Shown piece after piece: positions 1 through 14,488 of a stretch of 64,000 nt of DNA. The translations under genes and the position numbers were made by a program. Source of the stretch: Eledone cirrhosa (lineage: Eukaryota); assembly GCA_964016885.1 (NCBI GenBank), contig OZ024746.1:77004001-77068000 (forward strand), read 5' to 3'. Below the pieces are notes generated by a model. The model saw only the letters and a list, made by a program, of their open reading frames with translations, had not been told where the DNA came from and did no database searches. The stretch's first letter is position 1; every line of letters starts with the position of its first letter.

Positions 1-863
1 TTGCATAGAGTGGTTTTCTGTTAATTGGAACAAGCGACCCTCATCGACCGTGAACATTTGAAGTTTTCGCCCGGAAAGTCATTTTTTCATTTTAAAAATT
101 GTTATCTCTTATATAATTTTTTCTTAAATTAAAAACTTGTTCAGACTTATTCTTGATATTAGAAGGACATGTGACAATAAATATAATGGGGAAGGCAACT
201 TGCAAAGAGAAAAAGACAGGTCACAGCGAAGCGGAAAGCATATAGGAATGAAAATGGCGTGCTGTGTTGTTGTAAATGTGATATACAAATTAAAATGAAG
301 AATTAGAAATAGGACTATTCATCATCAGTTATCTACTAGCCATCATAGGTATTTCTTCGCATTATGCTTTCCCCTTCGCTGTGACCTGTCTTTTTCTCTT
401 CCGTTACTGTTATCCTCTTTCTTTCTCCCCCTTCTCTCTCCTTCTGCCTCTTACTTTCATTTACCCCCTCTGCCAGTTACCCTCTCTCAGCTAGCCTCTT
501 CTTCACACTTTCACTCACTCACTCTCTGCTACTCACCCTCTCTCTCACTTCCTCCATCGTCCCACACCGTGCGTAATTCTTTCCTCGCTTACTTTCGCAT
601 GGTTGGGATGTGTCTCTCGTCTTCTCGTCAATATTCGCAAGTTTTTATGTTCAAATGAATCATTGACTTGATTCTTTCATTTTTTCCTCTCTTTACGTTG
701 CCTCACCATTCATGTTTGTTCACCTGTCTCTCTTTCTCCACCCAATTCTTTTTATCCCAATAACTTATTTTAGTTATTGTTCGCGCTAGCCTGGGGTATC
801 TGGTCTTTAATGCGAAGAAATACCTATGATGGATAGTCCTATTTCTAATTCTTCATTTTAATT

Positions 864-919
<56 letters not shown>

Positions 920-1016
920 CATATGTATATATATACTCTCCTTACTATCCTCGCTTTCATATTTCTCCTTGCTCCGCTTTTCTCATTGTATTTGTATATA
1001 AACAATTACATAGATA

Positions 1017-1380
1017 CAAGGAGAAAGGGAGAGAAGGAGAAAAGGGGTGTAAGGAGAAAAGGAAAGTAAGGAGAAAAGGAGAGCAAGGAGAGCATTGAGA
1101 AAGGTAGAGCAAGGAGAGGAAAGAGAAAAGGAGAGCAAGGAGAAAATGAGAGAAAGGAGAAAAGGAGAGCAAGGCGAAAAGGAGAGCAAGGAGAGCAAGG
1201 CGAAAAGGAGAGCAAGGAGAGCAATGAGAAAAGGACAGAAAGGGGGGGGGGAGAAGAAAAGGAGAACAAGGAGTCAATGAGAAAGAGAGAGCAAGGAGAG
1301 AAGGAGGAGAGCGATGAGAAAAGGAGAAAGGGAGAGCAATGGGAAAAAGAGAACAAGGAGAAAAGGAGAGCAAAGAGAAG
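1017..1380 (+). repeat. Purine-rich minisatellite (GGAGAAAAGGAGAGCAA-like)
   Basis: Degenerate ~9/17-bp units. Confidence 0.9.
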
Positions 1381-1717
1381 TTAAGGCAAATATTGCTCAA
1401 GTTATGCTGGAAGCAGACAAAAGTGAAAAAAAGATCAACTGAAGAGCTACATTCTGCACCAAAATGACTTCTCTTCCTTTACAAACATTGAGTTTTCGTC
1501 TTTTCTAACTCCTGGTACAAAAACTTTCTTCACAAGATTTTCAAGTGGACTTGAAAAACTTGAGAAGACAGTTGTTGCAGAAAGAGGTGTCAAACTCATT
1601 CAGGATTACAATAACATTCTCACAAAAGATGAAACTGAGAAACAATTTGTTTTACAGATCGTTACCGAAAACAATAAAACATACCCAACTGACACTAAAT
1701 CCTCTCTTATGCTAAAA

Positions 1718-1860
1718 TAATTGTTTCTACTTTTAGGCACAAGGCCAGCAATTACCCAGTGCATTACTGGTACTTTATTTTATCGACCCCGTAAGGATGA
1801 AAGGCAAAGTCAACCTCGGCGGGATTTGAACTCAGATCGTAAAGGGACGTAACTATGCTG
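1718..1860 (-). mobile_element. tRNA-headed SINE family A (3' part)
   Basis: Reverse complement of the core TCTGAGTTCAAATCCCGCCGAGGTTGACTTTGCCTTTCATCCTTACGGGGTCGATAAAATAAAGTACCAG...AGTAGAAACAATTA. Confidence 0.85.
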
Positions 1861-2328
1861 GAAATGTTCAATATTCAGTGTTCAGTATTCACATTATCTT
1901 TTTGATTCTATAGAAATTATTATTATAAAGAAAAATGCGTTTCTCCTATAGAAGTTGTGTGCTTTATTAAGAAAACCTAATATTTCTTAAGTTTTTCATG
2001 TTATTTCAGGAACTTTTCAAATTAACTATTGGCAAATTTGATTCAGAACGTTTTTAAACATTTGCTGGGGTTGCCTGGATGTGTCCACATAAATTTCTCT
2101 AAGAAGAAAAAAGAAAATGGTCGCGATAGGGAACAATATACCGCTTTTGAACAAAATTAATCGTTGCGTATACTATGTTCCAACTTCAAGGCGGTTGAGG
2201 GTCGCCTAGCGGTTGTCTGATTGAGCTGAAATTTTGCACATCCCGTTTCCTTGTTGATTGGAACAGGATTAGGGGGTGGGAGCAGCAACATTTTAACTTT
2301 CGGAAAATTACCTATTGCTAAGGGCCAC

Positions 2329-2373
<45 letters not shown>

Positions 2374-2567
2374 TTTTTCTCGCGAGTCAGTTCTTTCGTT
2401 GCTACGGGCCCCGCGGCTGAATTACCGGTCGCTATCTTCAATTTGCAAAGCCCTTTAAACTGTATGTTATTACTCTAAGGTTCTATACCTTATCGAGTGG
2501 TTGGCTGCACTTCTGAATGCATTCGTCGGCTTAGCTGCGGCTCGAGCTTCGAATATGCTGTACTTCC

Positions 2568-2617
<50 letters not shown>

Positions 2618-2827
2618 TAAAATAACAGATTAAAATTTAAGCAAAGAATCGCTGCTTTCACCCTTAACGGGATCTTCTGAAACTAACAAAGTCAATCTGT
2701 AAACGCAGAACTGGATATTTCAAAAAACGTTATTTGCTCTACGGTTCTTATATATTTGATATATATTTTCCTTATCGAGCCCTCTTTGGATTTTAGTCTT
2801 CAATTTTATTATTATTATTATTATTAT

Positions 2828-2892
<65 letters not shown>

Positions 2893-2898
2893 TATGTG

Positions 2899-2951
<53 letters not shown>

Positions 2952-3014
2952 GAACAGTTCGGATCTAGTTGTTGAAACGGCAGGAGCTCACTCATCGGGT
3001 CCCGAATTTTGGTG

Positions 3015-3077
<63 letters not shown>

Positions 3078-3169
3078 TTGGTGGTGGTCAATAAAATAAA
3101 GGACCACTGGGGTCGATTTGTGTATAAATCAGAAACTATTATTAGGGTGGTGGAGTGGTAGTATTATTA

Positions 3170-3363
3170 GAGTAGTGGGTTTGCAGTGCCGGTAGAGCGT
3201 CGGACAACATGCTTCGCGACTTAGAGTTACGGTCCTTTACGTTCTGAGTTCAAATCCTGCCTTACGGGGTCGCTAAAATAAAGTACCAGTTACGCACTGG
3301 AGTCGATTTAATCAACTTTGTCCTCTCCCCTTAAAATGTTGGCCTTGTGCCTATAGTAGAAAC

Positions 3364-3396
<33 letters not shown>

Positions 3397-4001
3397 AGGG
3401 CGGTGGATTAGCAGTATCGGTAGAGGGTCGGACGCCATGCTTTGCAGCATAGAGTTACGGCTTTTCATGATCTGAGCTCAAATCCCGCCGAGGTTAACTT
3501 TGCCTTTCATCCTTACATGGTCGATAAAATAAAGTACCAGTCACGCACTGGGGTCGATTTAATCGACTTCCCCCTCCCCCCAAATTACTGGCCTTGTGCC
3601 TATATAAGAAACCATTATTATTATTATTGCAGTATCGGTAGATTGTCGGACGCCATGCTTTGACGCATAGAGTTACGGCCCTTGCCATTCTGAGTTCAAA
3701 TCCCGCCGAGGTTAACTTTGCCTTTCATCCTTACGGGGTCGATAAAATAAAGTACCAGTAATGCACTGGGCAATTGCTGGCCTTGTGCCAAAAGTAGAAA
3801 CCATTATTATTATTATTGCAGTATCGGTAGATTGTCGGACGCCATGCTTTCCAGCATAGTTACGTCCCTTTACGATCTGAGTTCAAATCCCGCCGAGGTT
3901 GACTTTGCCTTTCATCCTTACGGGGTCGATAAAATAAAGTACCAGTAATGCACTGGGTAATTGCTGGCCTTGTGCCTAAAGTAGAAACAATTATTATTAT
4001 T
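3170..4001 (+). mobile_element. Tandem cluster of four SINE family A copies separated by (ATT)n tails
   Basis: Copies at ~3170-3365, 3398-3614, 3629-3803 and 3818-3992, each with an A/B-box-like head (GCAGTATCGGTAGA...GTTCAAATCC) and an (ATT)n tail. Confidence 0.9.
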
Positions 4002-4267
4002 ACTGCTGGTTAAAGTCATTTATTATGAGGATATCAACAAACTGTTGACATTAAGAATTAATGATTACATTTCTCCTGTGAAGCCCTTCAGGTGAGATGT
4101 TAATAATACTCTTGAATGTAAGAAGGAGAATATGGTAGTGGTGGTGGTGACGAGTGGCGACGAAGGCCGGTGGTGGCGGAGAGATTGGAGAAGACATTAG
4201 GACATTCTATCAATTAGAGCACAGTAAATGGTTTGGCAATAAATAAGTAAATAAATAAATGTATATA

Positions 4268-4464
<197 letters not shown>

Positions 4465-4481
4465 ATATGTATGTATATATG

Positions 4482-4528
<47 letters not shown>

Positions 4529-4619
4529 ATATGTATGTATATATATATATATGTATATATATGTATGTATATATATATATATATATATGTATGTGTATAT
4601 ATATATATATATATGTATG

Positions 4620-4682
<63 letters not shown>

Positions 4683-4820
4683 GTGTGGGTGTGTGTGTGT
4701 AATCTAGTGAGAGGGGGGGGGTGAAGCAGCTGAATTACACTGGATCCTGTAATTCGAATCAGGTGAGAACACGTGACAACGTTATTCAAGTCTGAGCATG
4801 CATTTATAACCGACGACCAT

Positions 4821-4857
<37 letters not shown>

Positions 4858-5299
4858 CCGGCAACGAAACAAAGTACAACATAACCACGCCAACAACAAC
4901 AGCGACGAGAAAAATAACAAAACTACAAAAAAAAAAAATAATAATAATAATAAAATACAACAGCAGCAATAATGACAGAAAATGACCACAAATCTACGCC
5001 AACAACAACAACGGCAATAAAAGTACAATCACAACAACAATATTGATGATGATAACTCTTCTCGTAATAAGTATGTTGAGAAATTTATGTTAGGCATCGG
5101 TGCTAAAAAAAAACAACCAAACACAAAAGCCTAACTATTGTTGTATTATTACTACACAACAAAATATTTATTGGAGAATCTACTACTGGAAAAAGAAGAT
5201 GAAATAGATTTGTCTGGGAAAATATGAGAGGGAGGGGATTGGGTGGGGCTTGAGAAAGACCGGTGGGGGTGGGGGTGGGGTGATGTAACTGTTTTCTTA

Positions 5300-5333
<34 letters not shown>

Positions 5334-5625
5334 TGAGAAAGCGAATGAGAAAAAGGAAGCAAAAAAGAGATACAGCGGAAGAATGGACCTCAGTACTGGG
5401 CCGGTACCTTTTTTCTATCGACATCGAAAGTTATGAAAGGCAAAATTGACCTTGGGTGGATTTGAACTTATAGCGACGAGAGCTCGAACAAATACCGCAA
5501 ATCATTTTATTCGACGTCTAACAAGTCTTCCAATTCACCATAAACATATTAACAACACTAAAAGGTAGGATTGTATTATCAGAACAACTGCCTTGAATTC
5601 TTAATCCACACAATGCAGCGTTAAT

Positions 5626-5812
5626 AATTGTTTCGACTTTTGGCACAAGGCCAGCAATTACCCAGTGCATTACTGATGCTTTATTTTATCTACTCCGTAA
5701 GGATGAAAGGCAAAGTTAACCTCGGCGGGATTTGAACTCAGAACGTAAAGGACCATAACTCTATGTTGCAAAGCACGGTGTCTGACGCTCTACCGATACT
5801 GCCAATCCACAA
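5626..5812 (-). mobile_element. SINE family A
   Basis: Full reverse-complement copy. A more diverged relative lies at ~5390-5540. Confidence 0.85.
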
Positions 5813-7267
5813 CGGAAGCAAGTCAACTGAATCGATCTCAGTACATACAACAGTAAGCAACTTAAGGACATTTTTCTTGCTAATGCTGGGGTTAGCCTTG
5901 CGGGCCCCATGAAAGGCTTTATGCTAATCAGGGTTTTTGGGGGGTTGGTGGTAGTGGGGGATTGAAGCAATGTTTTACAGCTTGATCTTTTCCCAGTGCC
6001 AACCCTTTTAATTATCTCTTATGATAATCAGGGATACAGTGTACCTATTCTAAACCGGAAGATACACACAGTCAATGATTGGTACTCATTCTGTAGAGCC
6101 CGGAATGGAAGAACTCGTGGCGAAGCCTAAAAGAAGGGAAAATATACTAAATACTGTAAGTTGGTTCAGTTCGGTGCTTGGCTGATTCTCTCGTTCTACC
6201 AACGCCCTCTACTGTAGAGCATCAAACACTGCCAATTTTTTTAAAGACAATCGATCTATTACTGATACTTATTTTATAGAAATTGAAGGCATAGAAAGCA
6301 AAATGGAGGTCAGTGAAATTAAATATTTAGAACATTGTTGGTTCCGAACTAGATGAAAGAGATTACCCAGCCATGCATGGTCTTCTCAATAAAGTTTTAC
6401 TGTTAATAACATGAGCCATCATTAACGGCAAGATGGCCGAATAGATAATGTGTTGAACTATTTCTTTATGGGCCATTAAATTACACCTGCAACAGGTGTT
6501 TCGTTATGTTTCTCTACAGAACACTTTATTTACATAACAGTCGGTAGTGGGAGGCAGTCAAATGGAAAGGTTCTGTCTTATATTATTAGAGTCCACCGAT
6601 CGTCTTAGTCCGCCTTGCCATTTCAATCGGACTCTGGTTCCAGTATCGATAACAAACGCATTGTAATAGCTTGTGTATTGAACCTTTGTTGGTTTCGTCG
6701 ACGAGTTATCTTGTGGTTTGATCAACGAAACTGCCTGCTCATAAAAATAACGTGCAAGTGACTGAACATTCCAGATATATGTGTACCCCTAGCATAATTC
6801 CAAGGAGAATTCAACATTACACAATTTATGACAAAGTTGAGTGAACTGGAGTAACGGGAAATAAAGCGTCTTGTTCAAGGACACAATACGCTATCGGAAA
6901 TCGAAATAACCACTTCACAATAGTGAATCGAACATCCAGACCACTAAACAACACGCACTCATCGATAGCCTGTGTACAACAGTCAATATTATATTATTAA
7001 ATCCATTATACACAGAAACACACATTGGATTTCCAACTTAAACACACAATTTACCTTATTTTCCTATAAACACCTATGGGTAAATTCTTTTAATTCGAGT
7101 AATCTTAGACCCAGGCAGTAACCACACAGTCCTCTGTAACCCTTTCATGAAACTTAGAAACTTTGAGAAGGTTCTAATAGTCTTCAACACACAAACGCAC
7201 ACACATTATATATATATATACACACACACACACATATATATATGCATATAATACACACACACACACA

Positions 7268-7304
<37 letters not shown>

Positions 7305-8071
7305 GAGAGGCACAAATAAGGTTTAGCGAACGGAGAAAACGAAAACAAGGAATATAACATCGTCAGCTGTCAATTTGACGCTGTATAGTTTCGTGTCCCT
7401 AAGACAAGGACTACTAATCCGACAGTATATAACTGTTTTATAAAACTGATTTAACACTGCTTGGGAATAAACTAGAGGACAAAATGAAAAACATACCTGG
7501 TTGAAAAATACAGACGTCGAAATAACAAATAAAAAAAAAGGTCACCATGTATTTGTAATAATATTTCTGTAAGTACGCTGGAAGTGTTTTACTTAAAAGT
7601 ATATCCGATTGACTTGTGCGATATATTAAAGAACTCGGAACGAACATTAAACTACTCGGTATCCATTCCCAACAATTAATTCTCATAGAGGTATCAAATA
7701 ACATCCCAATGAAATATACTTGTTAAGTATACAATAACACGTTTATAGTAACGCTATCGATTTCAACAAATATTGATTTGCTGTTCGTGCTCTCTGGACA
7801 TGAAACCAATATATTGATTCAAGCAAGAGAATGTTTGAAAAGAGGGTGTTTACAAAACGACACCGATGACAACAGTATAATGACAGCAATAACACCCACA
7901 ATACCAACATCAATAACTATGATGTCTACGAAGATGAGACAACGATGCCAACAAATTATTGTTGACTAGCTCCTCGTGTCAGCCCTCATCAAGGAGATTA
8001 ATAGCCCAAAAGGCGTTTTAGTCGTCATCATCCCATCTCCTTACACACACACACACATATATATGTACATA

Positions 8072-8381
8072 AGATCTGTTTGACAACCCTTCTGTAGTTG
8101 ATGAGAAAATTATTAATGGACTGTCGGAAAGGGAGACTATAACAGATGATGAATAATCCAAACATTGATGAGATAAGGTCTACTATCAAAGAGATAAACT
8201 CAGGGAGAGCTCCAGGTTTGGATGTTGAGCTGATCCGCTTTCGAGGAAACAATGTTGCTATGACCATTCATGAATTAGTCTTATCTGTATGGCATGGTGA
8301 GCCTGTCCCACAAGACTGAGTAGATGCAATTTTGTCCTCGATTTACAAAGGCAAGGGCTCCAAGTCTGAATGCAGTGATTA
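8072..8381 (+). pseudogene. RTE-clade LINE reverse-transcriptase fragment (5' part)
   Basis: Translates to PNIDEIRSTIKEINSGRAPGLD...WHGEPVPQD*VDAILSSIYKGKGSKSECSDY, which continues after the transposon insertion. Confidence 0.8.
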
Positions 8382-8428
8382 TAATATGTTATTATATTAT
8401 ATTATAATATGTTACACGGACTTGGAGC

Positions 8429-10193
8429 CCGTGTAACATATTTTTTGTTCCTCGGTTCTAAGTGTCATTTACTGGTTTGTTATATCCCATTATTATTTTT
8501 AAAAAACACTATTATTTAATCAGAAGTTTGGGTTTGTGGTCAGGAGTTTGATATTTCGAAATTTTCATATTTTTCAAGAAAAAATACATTAAAAAAAATT
8601 TATCAGTTCATATAATTAAATCAACAGAGTATATATTTATTTTATTACACAAGCTTATCAAAAGCAAACAAGTAAAAACAAATAACACTTATAAAGCAAC
8701 TTATACACGTCAGAAATGACTGGATTTCCTGGATTTGCGGTTGTAGTCCAGGGCGCATTCCTGCACTAACCCCCAGATATAGTCCCCCATCATTTTTTCA
8801 TTGTAGTGGCCCTGTTACCTCCGCTCTATCTCTTTCACATCTTGGTGGAATCGTTCGCCTTATTCTTCTGAGTAGGCGCCCATATTGTCCTTGAATTTTT
8901 CCAGGTGAGCGTCCAGCATATGGAGTTTAAGCGACATCCTGCATCCCATGGCGCCAAAAGCCTTTATCAGATCCTGCACCAGTTGCTGGTAGTTTTCAGC
9001 TCTGTAGTTGCCCAGGAAGCCCTTAACAACTGCCTTGAAACAGTTCCATGCTGTTCTCTCAATCCTATTGAGCTTATTGGAGAACTCGGTAGACTCAAAC
9101 ACCTTCGTCCAACAAAAATTCCACCTTTGATTTTGGCCTCAGATAACTTAGGGAAGAACTCAAGAAGGTACTTAAAAGCGGCTGATTCTTGGTTGAGAGC
9201 CTTCACAAACTGCTTCATCAACTCCAACTTAATGTGAAGTGGCGGCATGAGCATAATCCTGGGATCAACCAGTGGCTCCCACATGACGTTCCGGGTCCCA
9301 ACTACAAATTCTGTTTGCTGCTTCCAGTTCTTTCTTTTGTAGTCGTCAGAGGTGGCTCTGCTGTCCCAAAGACAGAGGAAGCATTGGAATTTGATAAAGC
9401 CTCCTTGGAGTCCAAGCAGGAAAGCACTATCTTGAAGTCTCCAATGATTTCCCAATTGTACTGGTTGTATTGCAGAGCTTCCAAGAGGACTTTCACACTG
9501 TAGTAATCTTCCTTTAGACAGACTGAATGAGCTAGGGGCAGTGTCGGGAACTTGTTTCCATTATGGAGGAGGACAGCCTTCAAACTTGTGGTGGAGCTGT
9601 CTATAAATAGCCGCCACTCCTTGGGCACAAACGGCAGCACCCAATAACGTCAAACAGTCCAGGCACGTCATGGCAGAAGCAGAGGCCATCCCTAAGAGTG
9701 TAAAAGCCTGAGAAGGGTTCGTGTCGACTTCTCTGACTTGTCACCTGCACTTCCTCCTTGACCAAGTTCCACTGCTTCATCCTGGAGACGAATAGCTCTG
9801 CATTGGACTTGGTCAGACGCATATCCCTGACCAAGTCATTGACTTCTTTTTGGTTTGGGAAGTGAGGAACTTTTTCTGGTACCCCAGTATCAATAAATCT
9901 CTTTAATCCACTTTTTAACAATTTTATACTTTATTGTACTTTTATAATTTTCTTTAGGTATTACTGTTCATTTTATCATTTTAATTTAACCTGAAACATA
10001 TATAAAAAAAATCATTAAACATAAACGTAAAATCCGGCATACAAATAATTCTAGTGAATAGCTTAGAATTTTTACAAACCCAAACTTTGAACTGTTTAAT
10101 AGCACCTTTTAAAATTTATTTTTGACCTAAGCAACACCAAAAAAGTGATTACAAGCCAGGAACAGAGAAAGAAAATTTTTTTGTTACACGGTG
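8429..10193 (-). mobile_element. Chapaev3/Transib-like (CMC superfamily) DNA transposon, decayed
   Basis: TIR cores CCGTGTAACA (8429) and TGTTACACGGTG (10182-10193, i.e. a CAC terminus on minus). TTA is duplicated at 8379-8381 and 10194-10196 in the interrupted LINE. It encloses a transposase remnant. The subfamily name comes from motif recall. Confidence 0.75.
8705..9890 (-). pseudogene. DDE transposase of Chapaev3/Transib (RAG1-core-like) type, frameshifted
   Basis: Motifs WRLFIDSS..SLKAVLLHNGN, IIGDFK, LGLQGGFIKFQCFLCLWDSRA, PPLHIKLELMKQFVKAL, AKIKGGIFVG, MSLKLHMLDAHL, NMGAYSEE*GERFHQDV and MMGDYIW, spread over several frames. Confidence 0.85.
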
Positions 10194-10353
10194 TTATCGT
10201 GGTATACGTCTGCTCGAATCGGTAGAAAAGGTCTTATCCAAAATCTTGCTAAATAGTCTAATAAAATGGATTTGCCCTGATACGATCCCTGAAACCCAGT
10301 GTGGGTTCAGAGCTGGGCAGGGTACTATGGACATGATTTTCTCAGCTCGTCAG
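10194..10353 (+). pseudogene. RTE-clade LINE reverse-transcriptase fragment (3' part)
   Basis: YRGIRLLESVEKVLSKILLNSL...IPETQCGFRAGQGTMDMIFSARQ, the canonical start of the RT domain, continuing 8072-8381. Confidence 0.85.
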
Positions 10354-10666
10354 TATACATACATACATACATACATACATACATAATACTTACATACATT
10401 CATTTCATTAATATTCTACCCAACTAAGGTAGGACTTGTAACCCTATTAGAACTCAATGTAGTGTAGATATGAATAACCAATGGAAACAAAGCGAAATTT
10501 GTTTTTGCGTTAAAGTGGTATTTTATTAAGCGTCGTTGAATATTCCAGAACTACAGAGTCAGCTATATAAGGTTGAACAATGAAAACCAGGTTTAGCAAT
10601 TAATTAATCCATTGTTTAACTTTACACACACACACATATATATATATATTTATAAAAATTTTTATT

Positions 10667-10729
<63 letters not shown>

Positions 10730-10774
10730 AATACACACGCACACTCATGTACATACAACATACAAGTATGTATG

Positions 10775-10841
<67 letters not shown>

Positions 10842-10947
10842 GTATATATATATATATATATGTGTGTGTATATATATATGTATATATATATATAGCCATG
10901 ACTAAATCTTAACCATCTACTAAGTCAGGGTATGTCATGCATCATCT

Positions 10948-11014
10948 TATTTTATCTGATGAGGACGTACTGTTGAAGATAGCTCAGTACCTCTGAAATA
11001 TGTATAATAAAATA
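10948..11014 (+). ncRNA. Minimal type I hammerhead ribozyme (PLE pLTR-type)
   Basis: TATTTTAT-CTGATGA-stem II (GTACTG..CAGTAC)-GAAA-TATGTA-TA-ATAAAATA, with complementary stem I arms. Confidence 0.75.
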
Positions 11015-11123
11015 TACTTGATCACACGAATGTCTATTTTTGTTAGTATTTTGAATTAATATATATATATATGTATATATATATGTATATATGTATATAT
11101 ATGTGTATATGAATATATATGTG

Positions 11124-11220
<97 letters not shown>

Positions 11221-11360
11221 CTATATATCTATATATATACATATACACACATATATATATATATATATATATACATATATACATATATATATAATAATTC
11301 AAAATATTAACAAAAATAGACATTCATGTGATCAAGTATATTTTATTATACATATTTCAG

Positions 11361-11436
<76 letters not shown>

Positions 11437-11533
11437 ATATATATGTATATATATATATATATATATATACATATATGTATATATATATATATATATATTT
11501 ATTAAAATATAATTTCATGTGTGTGTGCATATA

Positions 11534-11595
<62 letters not shown>

Positions 11596-11601
<6 letters not shown>

Positions 11602-12072
11602 ATATTAACAAATGGAAACTATATTTATAAAACCATATTTATTTCATTATACATACTTCAAGGACACCAAGTTAAATTATGGTGTGCTTTCATCAGATAA
11701 AATATAATATAGAACAGTTTTATAATTATTTTAAATCTACTGTGATTTAAACATATCCGACACTAATTTGCATAATAGACTAAATAAATTTAATAACCCC
11801 ACTATCCGAGAGCTTCCAACAGAAATGGTCGCATTCTTTAAGGATATGTCAATATTTATTTATAAAACTGATCTATATTATATTTTATCTGATGAAAGCA
11901 CACCATAATTTAACTTGGTGTCCTTGAAATATGTATAATGAAATAAATATGGTTTTATAAATATAGTTTCCATTTGTTAATATATCGTATTTTTACTCCA
12001 ATAATTTGTTGAGTGCTTTATATCAGTTATAAAAATATTTGCTTGTTGTATCCCAACAATTTAAATAGAACT

Positions 12073-12075
<3 letters not shown>
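11596..12075 (+). mobile_element. Fold-back Penelope-like pLTR remnant in (TA)n
   Basis: 11596-11710 is the inverted copy of 11875-11985 and carries a hammerhead. The same family occurs at 30105-30503, 22035-22152 and 62285-62390. Confidence 0.7.
11881..11945 (+). ncRNA. Minimal type I hammerhead ribozyme
   Basis: TATTTTAT-CTGATGA-(ACACCA..TGGTGT)-GAAA-TATGTA-TA-ATGAAATA. The mirror copy at 11640-11704 (minus) has GAAA changed to GAAG. Confidence 0.75.
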
Positions 12076-12121
<46 letters not shown>

Positions 12122-14488
12122 GCACACACACACACACATGAAATTATATTTTAATAAAGGAAGCGTTCGACCTTTGACCCATAGCTGTCTGTAGGCGACG
12201 TATCTCACTCCTTTTGTTACTGACTTCAATATATCACAAATAATTATTATTTAACCTCAACGACAGCCCGTGTCCAAGTTTGATAAAGCACGAAAATCTG
12301 ACGCTAAAAACCTCGTCAGTAAACATGGCCTTTATCGTGTTAAATATGCCTCACTTTTATCACAATATCACAAGATTGATTGATTGGCTGTCGTAATCGA
12401 ATACGCTTTTCTTTCAAGTCGATGCTTGTGTTTTGAGATATTCTAACAAGGTATGAGCAAATACTTCTGCATGGGTGTGAACGCTAGAATCAAACAGCTG
12501 ATAAAGAACGAAGAATTCAGGCGTTCGAGTACAAGTGCTTCAGAAAGCTGGCACATTCTGTACACAGCGCACAAAAACAAACGGCTTTGACAAGGCAGCA
12601 AGTCAACAAATATGCTGAACTAATAAACTAGAATTCTAAACTGTTAAACATAACTGTTCTATAACTGTTTATACAGTTCGCCTCGTGGTCCCGGCGGACA
12701 GGATGGAGAAGACATTGCCCCAGAGGATGGGAAGGAGACGCGATGGAACCACCCACTCCAAATCCTGGGTCACACACATGCGGATAGCCAACTCCATCCC
12801 GATAGCAGTAGATATAGATGTAGTCCACGAGCAAGAACCTCGGGAATCTCCACTGTCATAGGCTTGGCCAGAGACCGATCAGAGAGTGATCGATACTTTG
12901 ACAGGTTGCCCTCTTCGGCCTAGCGAGCAGTGAAGCCTGGGCTGGTAAACTGCTAAACTACGACGGGAAACTCTACGTGGGCGCTCTACCTATTAAAAAT
13001 ATCAACAAAATCTTCAAATAATGCACACTTGACATCTTTCAAAACGGAGGAAAACTTTGGACAGTTTACTCCCTGATATACAAAAAAGACTGGATGGTCA
13101 TGATGGGAACGCATTTGGTCATAAGCTCGCTTAGTCATGACTGACCTGAGGTTAAATGCAACTAACTCATACTTATTACAACGATAAACAAATACGTCGT
13201 TTCGGGTTCAGTCCCACTGCGCGGTACCTTATGCATATGTCTTCTACTACAAGCTCGGGTTGACCAATGACTTGTGGCATTTGGAAGACGGAAACTGCAA
13301 AACCCCGTCGTATATATGTGTGTGTGTCTATGTTTACGTTTGCGTCTGGGTTTATGTCGATTCGACAAAAAGATATCGATAAAATATGTACCAGACCTGA
13401 GAAAAATAAGTACTGAGGTCTATATAATCGACTTTAAGGTAGTGCCCCAGCATGGTCGCAGTCCAATTATTGAAACTAGTAAAAGAATATAAGTGTATAA
13501 ACCGAAATACTTTGCGACATTTAGATACAACTCTTTACATTTTGAGTTCAAATCCTGCCGAAGTTAACTTTACCTTTCATCCTCTCGAGTGTTGATAAAG
13601 TGCTGCTCTTGTGTTTAAATTAGAGACCATTATTATACAACTCTTTCCCCCTTTTCTAATACTTTTTAACCTGTTATTGCTTACCACAACTCGCAACCGT
13701 CCTAGCTCGCTGGAAAGGAATCTATTCATTAAACGAGGAGTTCGTTTACCGACTACTTTGCTTTACCACAAGATCTATAGAACTGAACTTATTAAATGAA
13801 AACTTTGTTTACCGAGCAATTCACTTTATGATCACCTAGTCGTTGGAACTGAACTTATTCATTAAATGAGGAGTTCGTTCACCGAGTAATTCGCTTTACC
13901 ACGAAGTCGCTACAACGGAACCAGGTTGTTAACTGACAAGTAGCAGAATTTCTATTCTCCCTCTGCTTTCCTAAACAAAATTCACCATTACACAACACCT
14001 TCACTACCAGCTATTCTGTATCTGTAAATCTGCCCCAGCTAGCCAACCTACCTGCCTGCCTGCCTGCCTGCCTGCCAGTCATTATAATATTCTGTCAGCC
14101 CCTTACTATATTCCTGCCTGCCACGACATGTCCCTCCTAAACAAACGCCTGGCATTCTCAGCCCACCTCTCTGCACCACTACACTTGCTTGTTACAACAT
14201 GTCGTAATGCACTCGTCTGGCACGACCTGCTGCCAACCACTACATGTTAATATTACCAAATACAATTAACTAGAAGAGTAGAAGACATGAATAATTCATA
14301 GCAGGCTCCTCTTGTATTTCTAATACAAGTGTTATTACTTGCCATAAATGAGACAATAAAGACAACAGTCTGCTCTCCACTGAGAAAAACTGGCTTCATT
14401 TGAGGATCTTTACTCTATTTACATTTGGGATTTAATGTGCGAATGTGTGTGCGTGTATCATCATCATCATCATTATTATCTAGCGTCT

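Noticed and set aside
3398-3500. SINE heads as tRNA genes
   Set aside because: A/B boxes are present but there is no proper cloverleaf, and they continue into a SINE body with tail and TSDs.
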